Positions 20,346 through 29,769 are shown, counted from the stretch's first letter. The stretch is 64,000 nt of DNA from Candidatus Omnitrophota bacterium (GCA_028703535.1 JAQVMQ010000001.1:8818-72817); one strand, 5' to 3'. Made by a program: numbers and translations. Notes: generated by a model from the sequence alone, not told the origin.

Positions 20346-21770
20346 TTATCTATCTTCAATATTGACATAATTTTTATCAAGCGGCCCGGAATATATAGCA
20401 CGCGGTCTAAAAATACGATTATTCTTCAAATACTCGATAATCCTGGCTGTCCACCCCGCGACACGACTTACCGCAAATAACGGTGTAAAAATTTCAGGAC
20501 TTATACCCAAAACATGATAAACTATACCTGAATAAAAATCAACATTAGGGAAAATCTTTTTCTCTTTCCCTAAAGTCTCCAAAACTTCTTTTTCAAGGAC
20601 CTTCGCAGTCTTAAACAGATTTTTGACCTCATCAGAGTCACTTTTAGAAACCAAATAGTTTGCTAAAGGTCCTAATATGCGTGCCCGCGGATCATAAGCT
20701 TTGTATACACGATGCCCAAAGCCCATGACTTTTTGTTTTTTACTGCATGCCCGTTCATACCACTTCTTAACATTATCCGGCGAACCAATGCTCTTAAGCA
20801 TGTTAATAACCTGCTCGTTAGCCCCGCCATGTAACGGCCCATTTAAAGCCGCTATCCCGGACCCTACGGACAGATAAATATCAGATAAAGTTGACGCAAC
20901 AACCATAGACGCAAAAGTACTAGCATTCATGCCATGATCAGCGTGTAATATCAAAGAAACATCCATTATTCTTTCCTGCTCGGCAGTAGGCACTTTACCC
21001 GTCATCATATATAAGAAATTTGCCGCATGGCTCAAATCTTCCCTTGGCTCAAGAGGAAACTTATCCTGGCGCATTCTGGAAATAGACGCAGTCAAGGACG
21101 CGCATCCGGCAATAAGCCGGTGACAGGCAACTTCGCTATTAGCAGATTCCAACAAAGTTTTTTTATCAATTTTACCTTTCTTGAGTTCCTGATGAAACTC
21201 ATATATCGCATGTTGCTCACCGATCGGCAGTGTTTCCATCGGAATAGAATCGGCATCAGTATGTATTATCCCCGATATATCCACTTTTCCTGACGCCAGG
21301 TCGTCCGATGTAAACTCACAGCGCATAAGTGTAGTACCCAAACGTAATGCGGCCATAGGATTCATCTTTCCTATAGGAAAACCGAAAAGAAGACGTATAG
21401 TATCAGAAACTTTACGACATGATATCAATTTTTTAGAAAATTTATCAAGCTGATTGGCAGTCGGCAATTTGCCGTATAATAACAAATAAGAAACTTCCTC
21501 ATACGAGGAATATGCGCAAAGATCAAAAATATCGTATCCCCTGTAAATGAGTAAACCCTTAGCCCCATTGACATATCCTATCTTACTTTCACAAGCGATA
21601 GCACCCTCAAGACCAGGTCCTACAACACAATTAATAGGCCATTGAGGAAACTTGGCAATAGGCGCATCATTAATATTATCCGTCTCAGCATGCGCGAGTT
21701 GTTTAGCTTCAAGAATAAGCTTAGTTATAGTTTTGGTTTTGTCATTACGTTTTTTGATATTATCCCTCAT
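20346..21770 (-). CDS. gltA: Citrate synthase
   Basis: GFGHRVYKAYDPRA, LHADHGMNASTF, SRVAGW motifs; 474 aa with a short N-terminal extension. Confidence 0.92.
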   Translation of the reverse strand: MRDNIKKRNDKTKTITKLILEAKQLAHAETDNINDAPIAKFPQWPINCVVGPGLEGAIACESKIGYVNGAKGLLIYRGYDIFDLCAYSSYEEVSYLLLYGKLPTANQLDKFSKKLISCRKVSDTIRLLFGFPIGKMNPMAALRLGTTLMRCEFTSDDLASGKVDISGIIHTDADSIPMETLPIGEQHAIYEFHQELKKGKIDKKTLLESANSEVACHRLIAGCASLTASISRMRQDKFPLEPREDLSHAANFLYMMTGKVPTAEQERIMDVSLILHADHGMNASTFASMVVASTLSDIYLSVGSGIAALNGPLHGGANEQVINMLKSIGSPDNVKKWYERACSKKQKVMGFGHRVYKAYDPRARILGPLANYLVSKSDSDEVKNLFKTAKVLEKEVLETLGKEKKIFPNVDFYSGIVYHVLGISPEIFTPLFAVSRVAGWTARIIEYLKNNRIFRPRAIYSGPLDKNYVNIEDR

Positions 21771-21813
21771 AGCCCCGCCTATTTTAACCCTTGCAAAATA
21801 AAAACATCTACTT

Positions 21814-21851
21814 AAAAAGAAAGCGCCTCAATACATAAGCACTGAGGCGCC
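21814..21851 (-). terminator. Rho-independent terminator after the RRM gene
   Basis: Minus strand: GCGCCTCA-gtgcttatgtat-TGAGGCGC followed by TTTCTTTTT. Stem arms at 21823-21830 and 21843-21850. Confidence 0.7.
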
Positions 21852-21868
21852 TTATTACCAAACAAAAA

Positions 21869-22138
21869 TTATTTGAATTCTCTGCGTGGTTTGTCTTCTT
21901 TAGGACGAGCCTCGTTTACACGAAGTTCACGGCCTAAGAATTCTTTTCCGTTCAATTCATCAACAGCTTTCTGAGCTTGATCATTTGTCGGCATATCGAC
22001 AAAACAAAAGCCCTTTGAACGACCGCTAAATTTATCGGAAATAATACGCACAGCTGATACCTCACCATACTGCGCGAATAATTCGCGTACTTCATCCTCT
22101 TTAGCGTTAAACGAAAGATTCCCTACATAAATGTTCAC
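21869..22138 (-). CDS. RRM-type (RNP-1/RNP-2) RNA-binding protein
   Basis: NIYVGNLSF (RNP-2) and KGFCFVDM (RNP-1). I prefer the GTG start at 22136-22138, 7 nt after GGAGGG, giving the canonical MNIYVGNL N-terminus. The track ORF starts at 22165. Confidence 0.85.
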   Translation of the reverse strand: MNIYVGNLSFNAKEDEVRELFAQYGEVSAVRIISDKFSGRSKGFCFVDMPTNDQAQKAVDELNGKEFLGRELRVNEARPKEDKPRREFK

Positions 22139-22431
22139 TCTACTACCCTCCAACAATACCGTCATTTACTTCTTCTATTAGTTCCATACAAATGACCAAA
22201 AATCCGGAACTAATCACAGTTATATAACAATAACCTAGTTTCAATTTATAAAACGCATAAAAACACAACTATTTAAATCGAATATATTTTATTAATAGAC
22301 AAGAATTTCGGTAAGCACAAATCATCGCGGCAAACACGTCAGACATCTAATCAAACTTATTCATTACATTTAACAGTCACGTTCAAACACGTATAGCGTA
22401 ATCAAAGAACATTCAACTTATCTTAACACAT

Positions 22432-22459
22432 ATCATATACGTTAATTTATATATGTCAA
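22432..22459 (-). promoter_or_regulatory. Candidate promoter TTGACA-N16-TATGAT, which would give a ~290-nt leader for the RRM gene
   Basis: Sequence match only. The TTGACA is one arm of an 8-bp inverted repeat (22452-22459 / 22498-22505). Confidence 0.3.
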
Positions 22460-22643
22460 GTTAAATAAATATAATATTTTAGGCAAAAAATGAAAATTTG
22501 ACATAAATGCAAAAAAAAACGCTAAATAAACATATCCGCATAAAAAAATGTATTCTAGTATATAGAGAAAATGAGCTAATGTTACCTAAGGCATTGATAG
22601 CCATGGCTTTATGCAATATGGCTTATCCTGAGCACGCAACATC

Positions 22644-24389
22644 CTAAAAAGTTATCTGAAATCCTACCTTAAAATCCATCCCGTCACCCTCAACATCATA
22701 TATTTCATAATAATTTCTATCAAATAAATTTTTTATATCCCAAAATATTTTCATATTTTCATTAAAAGTATAATCCCCCCCGCAATTCGCTAAAAATCTT
22801 CCACCAAAAACAGAATGATCCTCATATACCAACCCGATATTCATTGAATATCGGCCTTTTTGCATATAGAAATTCAATACGGCCTTATCCTTGGGATATA
22901 AAAACGCGTATTTAGAATAATCATATAATTGGCTCTTATCCATATTCATCCTTGTATACTCAAATGACACCTTTTCAATAAAAAATCTATTTATTTCATA
23001 TTCGGCATATATATCCAATCCCATAACGTCTAACTTACCGACATTCAACGCGGAATAATATATATCAGACTCATTACGCGTCCAGTCAATAGTATCTCTC
23101 TGCCTTCTATAAAACCCATCGACACGCGCATTGAATATAGTGTTCTCAAAATCAATCCCCAGCTCAAAATTATCTGTGCGTTGAGGCGACAACCTGTCAT
23201 TCCCTTTATTAGACGGCGAATCATAATAAAGCTCCGTAAAAGACGGCATCCGATATTTTCTGACAGCATCAAACGTCACATCCATAGCTTCATTCAAAGG
23301 CATTATACAATTAATTTTAGGGATAAACTTAAACGGCCCATTATCCAAAAAAGTAACTGCAGGCAAAACTTCCAATTGCATGTTCATAATTTTTATTTTT
23401 TTAAAAAATATCAATTCGGATATATCTCTATAATCATCGCCTAAAGTGTTAGATCTTATACTTTCTCTTTTAACATCCAATGTCACTCCGCTAAGTTCAT
23501 CAGCCGCCATTACATCAGCCTTGATACCCGCGACATAAGTCTTGTGGTCATTACGGTAACTGTCAGGCGCATCTCTATCGAGCCAAAAAGTATCTTTAGT
23601 CATTGTTATATACGGACTTAAAGAATACAGTAAACTGTCAGTCTCTGTAGCCATTTTCAAAATTAACAGATCCTGAACAATACGTTCTTCTTCACGCTCA
23701 TACCACGGCGCTGCATACGCTCCGCCTATTCCAAACCTTCTGTAAGAATGTCCCAATAAAAGATCAACATTTATTTCCTGGATTTTACCGGAAAAAGAAT
23801 ATGTAAATATATTACTATCACCGTCTGTATTATCCGATAATCCATCTGTTCTGTCGGCACTAAACGAAAACCTTTGATATTTCTTCTCCGAGGAAGAACT
23901 TACCGTCATCATAGAGCTAAGAAATCCTCTGTTTCCGCTCATTACTCTTAGCGTTTTTTCACTGTCACGATTTTGGGATATATTTAGATTAATACTCTGT
24001 CCATTCCTATCCACGTCCACACTTCCAATATCTGTCAACACAATCGGAAGCATAAGATTAAAATGTCCTGTCTGAGGATTATTAAGTTTGATACCGTTTA
24101 AACGTATATCACTATCTTCAAATATCGCACATCTGATAGAGAAATCCGCCAAACCCATTTGGCCTGCTCTATTTTGTAAATCAACTCCCGAATTATAATA
24201 TAATAAATCTGCAATATCTTTTGCGGAATAAACATTCGATTCATGTTTATTTATCAAAGAGTTTTCGTCACTCGTTCCGGTCACAGTTATTTGTCCGAGA
24301 TCAATAATATCATCAGAATAAGCACAGACTATCCCGCCAAATAAACAAATAAACATACTACTTAAATAAACAAATAAGTATTTTTTCAT
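22644..24389 (-). CDS. TonB-dependent-receptor-like outer-membrane beta-barrel protein (short, 581 aa)
   Basis: Signal peptide; plug-like N-terminus (ITVTGT...DIADLLYYNSGVDLQNRAG...FSIRC); alternating beta-strand pattern; terminal aromatic (FQITF). Confidence 0.7.
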   Translation of the reverse strand: MKKYLFVYLSSMFICLFGGIVCAYSDDIIDLGQITVTGTSDENSLINKHESNVYSAKDIADLLYYNSGVDLQNRAGQMGLADFSIRCAIFEDSDIRLNGIKLNNPQTGHFNLMLPIVLTDIGSVDVDRNGQSINLNISQNRDSEKTLRVMSGNRGFLSSMMTVSSSSEKKYQRFSFSADRTDGLSDNTDGDSNIFTYSFSGKIQEINVDLLLGHSYRRFGIGGAYAAPWYEREEERIVQDLLILKMATETDSLLYSLSPYITMTKDTFWLDRDAPDSYRNDHKTYVAGIKADVMAADELSGVTLDVKRESIRSNTLGDDYRDISELIFFKKIKIMNMQLEVLPAVTFLDNGPFKFIPKINCIMPLNEAMDVTFDAVRKYRMPSFTELYYDSPSNKGNDRLSPQRTDNFELGIDFENTIFNARVDGFYRRQRDTIDWTRNESDIYYSALNVGKLDVMGLDIYAEYEINRFFIEKVSFEYTRMNMDKSQLYDYSKYAFLYPKDKAVLNFYMQKGRYSMNIGLVYEDHSVFGGRFLANCGGDYTFNENMKIFWDIKNLFDRNYYEIYDVEGDGMDFKVGFQITF

Positions 24390-24406
24390 AATAACTAAAA
24401 CAAATT

Positions 24407-26341
24407 CTATTTTTTAATATAATTTAAAAGTCCACCAGCTTTAATAATGGATTTTTGACGTTGAGTTAAGTGATATGTCACCGGAATTTTTAACATTTTG
24501 GTTTTGTTTTCAATAATTAGGTCACTATCATTATCAAGTGATAAAATTATGTCGTTTATTACAAGTTCATCACCAAACTCAAGAGACTCATAATTTAGGT
24601 TATCAACAAAAACCAACGGTAAAATCCCAAAATTAACGAGGTTGGCGGCATGAATCCGCTCAAATGACCTTGAAATAATGGCTTTTACCCCTAAATACAT
24701 AGGACACAATGCCGCATGTTCACGACTTGAACCCTGTCCGTAACTTTCACCCGCAACAATAAACACAGCCTTCCCATTATCCCTTAGCGCCGCGGCACGG
24801 CTGCTAAAATCAGGGTCAACCCCTTCAAAAACAAATTCAGAGTATTTCTCTATATTAGATCTATACTTTAGGCGTACACCTGCCGGCATAATATGGTCAG
24901 TTGTTATTTTATCGCCTAGTTTAATTGCGATATTCCCGTTATAACGATCAGATAACGTGACATTTTTAGGCGGATTACCTATATTCGGCCCGCGAATAAT
25001 TTCAATATTTTTTGAAGAGGCCTCCGGTGCAATAATCATACCATCATCTATCAAAAAGTTTGGCTCATCCTTAATATCAGGAAAAACAGAAGATTCGACA
25101 CTCAACGGATCAATAAATTCACCATAAACCGCGGCTAAAGCTGCCGACTCCGGCGAAACAAGATAAATCCCTGCAGATTCAGTACCCGACCTGCCTTTAA
25201 AATTACGGTTATTGGTACGTACTGAGACAGCCCCTGTCTTAGGCGCTTGACCGTTTCCTATACAAAACCCGCAGGCACTCTCCATAATACGCGCACCTGA
25301 ATCAATCATAACTGCAAGATCACCCGTCCGCGCGATCATTGAAAAAACCTGTTTAGAACCCGGCGCGACAATAAGAGAAGTACCCGGATGGACTTTTTTA
25401 TCTTTTAACATCGCCGCGACAATCTTTAAATCCTTTAAAGATGAATTAGTACAACTACCGATAGCCACCTGATCAACTTTCTTACCGGCAATATCTTTTA
25501 TAGGCACAACATTACCCGGAGAATCAGGCAATGCTACCATCGGACATATACTAGAAAGCTCAATTTCTATAACACTGTCATACACAGCATCTTTATCAGG
25601 AGATAACGGAACGAATTTGTCAGCACGGCCCTGAGCTTTAAGAAATTTTTCAGTTTTGATATCAGAACAAAATACACTTGTCGTCACACCTGTTTCTGCC
25701 CCCATATTGGCTATAGTAGCACGTTCGGGCACAGACAGATTCATTACACCGTCACCTGTATATTCTAAAACCGTATTTACATTACCTTTAGTGCCGATAA
25801 TACTCAAAACAGTTAAAATAACATCTTTAGCCGATACGCCTTTACGCAAATCACCTTTTATAATAATATTGACTACTTTAGGCGCAACAAGATAAAACGC
25901 ACCGCCTGCCATAGCCGATGCGACATCAAGCCCCCCGGCACCTATAGCTATCATCCCCAACCCTCCGCACGTCGGCGTATGACTATCACTGCCAAGAAGT
26001 GTTTTGCCAGGCGCGGCAAACCTTTCTAAATGTACCTGATGACATATCCCATTGCCGGGCCGTGAAAAGTATATTCCGTATTTTTGGGCTATAGTCTGTA
26101 AATATAGGTGGTCGTCAGCATTCTCAAAACCCTGCTGTAGAGTATTATGGTCTACATAGCTTACAGAAAGTTCTGTTTTTACTTTATCCATACCCAACGA
26201 CTCAAACTGAAGATATGCCATCGTCCCAGTAGCATCCTGTGTAAGGGTTTGATCTATCTTTATAGCTATCTCATTACCCGGCTTTAATTCACCCTCGATA
26301 AGATGGGCTTTCAATATTTTATATGTAAGATTCTCAGGCAT
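24407..26341 (-). CDS. acn: Aconitate hydratase (644-aa form, swivel domain C-terminal)
   Basis: GSDSHT, GSCTNSS, ACGFCIGNGQ and NRNFKGRSG: all three Fe-S cysteines and the catalytic motifs are present. Confidence 0.9.
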   Translation of the reverse strand: MPENLTYKILKAHLIEGELKPGNEIAIKIDQTLTQDATGTMAYLQFESLGMDKVKTELSVSYVDHNTLQQGFENADDHLYLQTIAQKYGIYFSRPGNGICHQVHLERFAAPGKTLLGSDSHTPTCGGLGMIAIGAGGLDVASAMAGGAFYLVAPKVVNIIIKGDLRKGVSAKDVILTVLSIIGTKGNVNTVLEYTGDGVMNLSVPERATIANMGAETGVTTSVFCSDIKTEKFLKAQGRADKFVPLSPDKDAVYDSVIEIELSSICPMVALPDSPGNVVPIKDIAGKKVDQVAIGSCTNSSLKDLKIVAAMLKDKKVHPGTSLIVAPGSKQVFSMIARTGDLAVMIDSGARIMESACGFCIGNGQAPKTGAVSVRTNNRNFKGRSGTESAGIYLVSPESAALAAVYGEFIDPLSVESSVFPDIKDEPNFLIDDGMIIAPEASSKNIEIIRGPNIGNPPKNVTLSDRYNGNIAIKLGDKITTDHIMPAGVRLKYRSNIEKYSEFVFEGVDPDFSSRAAALRDNGKAVFIVAGESYGQGSSREHAALCPMYLGVKAIISRSFERIHAANLVNFGILPLVFVDNLNYESLEFGDELVINDIILSLDNDSDLIIENKTKMLKIPVTYHLTQRQKSIIKAGGLLNYIKK

Positions 26342-26368
26342 TGGGTTATCTCCTATTCTGTTTCAAGG

Positions 26369-26396
26369 ATTATACCAAAAAAAGAAGATATTTGAA
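26369..26396 (-). promoter_or_regulatory. Candidate promoter TTCAAA-N16-(TGg)TATAAT for aconitase
   Basis: Reverse complement of attata (26369-26374) preceded by TGG, with tttgaa at 26391-26396. About 28 nt upstream of the ATG, with a GGAG SD in between. Confidence 0.45.
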
Positions 26397-26462
26397 TAAT
26401 TTTATAAAAACATTTTTCACTATAACCGCAAAAAAATCCCGTCATCAGATGCATTATATGGA

Positions 26463-27830
26463 CTAGAAAGTATGAAAGATTTTAATGAAATCATCACGGA
26501 TTAGCCCATTCCACCTCTTTTGTTTTACATCCGCGTTATTAGACATTCTTACCAATCCTTTCATTGCATTAAAATCAGCATGAACCACCCAATTATACAG
26601 ATCCTTGTATTTGTCCACTCTGAAATTATATTGGCAATTTAAAAAAAAGATGAAGTCATTTGTAAAACAATCAGAAAAATCCATAACGGTCTTCTCCTTA
26701 ATATCATTCCAGGATTCATTATTATCTCTATACTTTTTTTTCCGTTTTTTTAAAAGTTTTGTCAATACAGGAAAAACCTTCCTATAATCGTATCCTGCCG
26801 CAGTTTTAAAAGCATTATGCTTAAGCTCAAAATTCTCCGGCTCATTAAGCAAACTCCCGGTAATCAAATCTATCAATTTAGATTTTGATATTTCAGGCCC
26901 ATTAGTGCCTTGTTGCAAAACTTGTAATAAATAGCCGTTATATTCATCTTTGATCAGCTCTTTGTTCCCGCCCCAGTCGGTAGTAATAACAGGAACTCCG
27001 CAAGCCAAAGCCTCAATATTTACAAAAGGAAAAGTTTCACCCGGCGTGATTGTAGGATTAACAAAAATATCCGACTGAAAAAGCAGTTCATATTTTTCGT
27101 CACCAAACTTCACACCTTCAAAAATAACATGCTTTGATATCTCTAGTCTCTTGACCTTTTCTTCCAATTCATGAACAAAATCGGATTTGCAGTTATCATC
27201 AATGCCTGTCCCGCTTAAAGGACCTATTATCTTTAAAGAAACGTTTTTTACTTTAGAGATAATCCCAGGCATAATGTCAATTAATAAACCGATTCCTTTA
27301 CTCGCAACCAATCGCCCCATGAAAGTTATGGTTTTATCAACCGGCCTGCGACAGATGTCAGATTCTACTACTTTCTGTATTTTTTTATTATCTACAAAAT
27401 TATACATAACATGAACTCTGTTTTTTTCAGAAATATGCAAAAAAGACTGTTTCGCATACTCACACGGCGCATAAATAATATCCTCTTCCCGTAATAACGG
27501 CACAATATATGTATATTTATAAAGCCATGCGAACATACTGTGAAGCTTGACTATAAAAGGAATATTTAACCCGAATTTCTCTCTTATTAAAAAAGCTTGT
27601 ATCAAAAAAGTGAAGCCGTCAACATACAGATAATCAAAGTCATCTTCATTTATTCTTCTAAAAAATTCTTCCAATCTATTCAACCCGCTAAACGATATTA
27701 TTTTGACATTAACATATTCAGAAAAATAATCCAGAAATGTTTTATTAATATTTATTGAACTAATAGATTCTTTTTCTAAAAAATCCAGATAACAAACATT
27801 AATAACATATTTTTCTTTTGTCTTTTCCAT
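26463..27830 (-). CDS. GT4-family (GT-B fold) glycosyltransferase with ~100-aa uncharacterised C-terminal extension
   Basis: FMGRLVASKGI...EGVKFGDEKYELLFQSDIFVNPTITPGETFPFVNIEALACGVPVITTDWGGNKELI (EX7E-type motif). C-terminal KKRKKKYRDNN... region has no recognised family. Confidence 0.8.
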   Translation of the reverse strand: MEKTKEKYVINVCYLDFLEKESISSININKTFLDYFSEYVNVKIISFSGLNRLEEFFRRINEDDFDYLYVDGFTFLIQAFLIREKFGLNIPFIVKLHSMFAWLYKYTYIVPLLREEDIIYAPCEYAKQSFLHISEKNRVHVMYNFVDNKKIQKVVESDICRRPVDKTITFMGRLVASKGIGLLIDIMPGIISKVKNVSLKIIGPLSGTGIDDNCKSDFVHELEEKVKRLEISKHVIFEGVKFGDEKYELLFQSDIFVNPTITPGETFPFVNIEALACGVPVITTDWGGNKELIKDEYNGYLLQVLQQGTNGPEISKSKLIDLITGSLLNEPENFELKHNAFKTAAGYDYRKVFPVLTKLLKKRKKKYRDNNESWNDIKEKTVMDFSDCFTNDFIFFLNCQYNFRVDKYKDLYNWVVHADFNAMKGLVRMSNNADVKQKRWNGLIRDDFIKIFHTF

Positions 27831-27885
27831 TTGTTTTAATTGATAAGACCATCACAAAAACTATAATAAGCCATATCAGATAAGG

Positions 27886-28119
27886 TCAGTCTTCAAGAAG
27901 GTATGTCCTGATTTGCTCCGGTTTGAGTCCCGCCTGTCCGGCGCTACGTCCGGCCGCGGCAGTACACAGGACGAAAGTTCTGGTACCAACTGCAGTAAAC
28001 CCATAGCAACGTGCATAAAATGTCGAAAACCAGGCACCGGGCGCAACCATGCATGCGGCTAATATAGCCTGGCTGGTATCAAGCTCTATTTCCGTAACTT
28101 TCGGTTTAGTATACTGCAT
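27886..28119 (-). CDS. Small Cys-containing peptide, paralog A (77 aa); candidate modified-peptide precursor
   Basis: MQYTKPKVTEIELDTSQAILAACMVAPGAWF... Paralogous to 28282-28515. Coding is supported by 8 synonymous versus 1 non-synonymous codon difference across the shared 27-codon N-terminal block. Confidence 0.75.
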   Translation of the reverse strand: MQYTKPKVTEIELDTSQAILAACMVAPGAWFSTFYARCYGFTAVGTRTFVLCTAAAGRSAGQAGLKPEQIRTYLLED

Positions 28120-28281
28120 ATCTTTTATATTATAGGATTTAAAAAATATTTCAAGTGTGTTTTATAAAAAATATATATTCCAGAAGTATTATCTCCATAT
28201 CTTAAGGTTTTGTCCTAACCTAAAAGTCGATCAAATTATTTATCAAAAAAAATCAAATCGCAATCTTCTTTTGGCGAAAAA

Positions 28282-28515
28282 CTAGGACGGCTTATCCTGA
28301 TTAGCCCCGATTTGACTTGCCCCTGCACCACCGGTACGCCCAACAGGAGAAGTCCTGCAACCCCAAACCGTTCCAGTCCCAACTGCCGTAAAAGCATAGC
28401 ATACTGAAGGTAACAAATAAAACCATGCACCCGGCGCGACCATGCATGCGGCTAATATAGCTTGACTGATATCAAGTTCTATTTCTGTAACTTTGGGTTT
28501 TCTGTATTGTTTCAT
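28282..28515 (-). CDS. Small Cys-containing peptide, paralog B (77 aa); candidate modified-peptide precursor
   Basis: MKQYRKPKVTEIELDISQAILAACMVAPGAWF... Same Cys spacing as paralog A (C-x14-C-x13-C), shared FTAVGT, divergent C-terminus. Confidence 0.75.
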   Translation of the reverse strand: MKQYRKPKVTEIELDISQAILAACMVAPGAWFYLLPSVCYAFTAVGTGTVWGCRTSPVGRTGGAGASQIGANQDKPS

Positions 28516-28693
28516 TCAACTCATATTACCATATTTTTTGTTTTATCAAATAAGATCTCATTCTAACTGTTTTTTGTGCTAAAAAATTATTTTGCGACAT
28601 TAGAATGCAGCCGGCCTCTTTTTTTTCAAAGAGCTATTAATGCGTAAACACATTGCCCTAATTATACCTTCTAACACTGACAGCTAAGGGCTA

Positions 28694-28739
28694 CCCGCCA
28701 CACCATTATTTTATTTAGGCGGGTCCGCCTCTGGCAGAA
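28694..28739. repeat. Intergenic ~50-nt double-hairpin element, copy 1 (CCCGCC-N18-GGCGGG + TCCGCCTCTGGCAGA)
   Basis: Aligns with copies at 37115-37162 and 41798-41846. Lies about 10 nt beyond the cmoB stop codon. Confidence 0.65.
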
Positions 28740-28749
28740 CAGCTAATAG

Positions 28750-29718
28750 CTATTGTGGTTTTTTCGCTAATACAACCGCCCGTCTAGGTGCCGGATAACC
28801 TTCAACTGTTATATCTTTATTTAACGGATCTAAAAAATCGTTTAAAGATTCAAAAGTCATCCAATCAGTAACGCGCTGCTCATCAGAGGTAGTTTTGCTT
28901 ATATCACTTACTTTTAGATCAACATATCTGCATTTTTTAAGCCAATTGAGCAAAGTCTCCACTGACGGTATAAACCATACATTAGACATCTTGGCATATC
29001 TGTCCCGCGGTGTTAAAGCATACCCTTGAGGGCCATCTACCACCAATGTCTCAAGAACAAGCTCACCTCCGGATTTAAGAAATGAATAGATCTGTATAAG
29101 GTGATCAAACGGCGAACGACGATGATACAAAAGTCCCATCGAAAAAACCGTATCAAAATATCCGCAATTATAAGGTATATCATCAACCCCAACAGGCAAA
29201 ACATTTACCTTGTCAGACTTCAAGTATCTGTTTAATAGCTGAAACTGCATAAAATACAAAAGCGTCGGATCTACACCCATAACAAACTCCGCGCCGGCAC
29301 CTAAAGCTCTTAAACAATGATAGCCGTTGGCTGCGCCTATATCCAATATTTTCCTGCCGGAAATATCAGATATTCCATCTTTAAACCTATCCCATTTAAT
29401 ATCAGAACGCCATTCTGTATCTATATTTATACCGAAAATACTGTACGGTCCCTTACGCCAAGGCATATATTGCCTAAGGATCTCATATAATTTTGCGTAT
29501 GAAACGTCGTCAATTTCATCACGCTGTCCTATTTTTATTACATTACCATCTAACTCGAAAAATGAAGGATTCACATCAGGCAGTTCATCATAAAGATTAC
29601 GCCATCTCGGCATATCTCCATGCTTGGAGCTCTTTATTATATCTAAACTTTTACGCTCTAAAATTGCAAGCTCCTGACTATATATATTTTTAAAAAACTT
29701 TCTAATATTTTTAGTCAT
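28750..29718 (-). CDS. cmoB: tRNA U34 carboxymethyltransferase CmoB
   Basis: Class I MTase core ILDIGAANGYH. Family-typical WRSDIKWDR and C-terminal region; adjacent to cmoA. ATG at 29716-29718 preferred over the track's TTG at 29724. Confidence 0.85.
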   Translation of the reverse strand: MTKNIRKFFKNIYSQELAILERKSLDIIKSSKHGDMPRWRNLYDELPDVNPSFFELDGNVIKIGQRDEIDDVSYAKLYEILRQYMPWRKGPYSIFGINIDTEWRSDIKWDRFKDGISDISGRKILDIGAANGYHCLRALGAGAEFVMGVDPTLLYFMQFQLLNRYLKSDKVNVLPVGVDDIPYNCGYFDTVFSMGLLYHRRSPFDHLIQIYSFLKSGGELVLETLVVDGPQGYALTPRDRYAKMSNVWFIPSVETLLNWLKKCRYVDLKVSDISKTTSDEQRVTDWMTFESLNDFLDPLNKDITVEGYPAPRRAVVLAKKPQ

Positions 29719-29769
29719 ATGCAATCAAAAAAACTACTCCTTTTATAGCTTACAATTTACGTCTTACAA

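Noticed and set aside
28236-28430. 64-aa same-strand alternative-frame ORF overlapping peptide gene B
   Set aside because: The paralog comparison shows synonymous-biased substitutions only in the 28282-28515 frame. This frame has no counterpart in copy A.
27886-28515. The two GC-rich ~230-nt blocks as structured non-coding RNA genes
   Set aside because: High GC in an AT-rich genome suggested RNA. However, both blocks hold intact equal-length ORFs, differences in the shared half are 8 of 9 synonymous, and Cys positions are conserved. Protein coding explains the data better. An overlapping RNA structure is not excluded (see findings).
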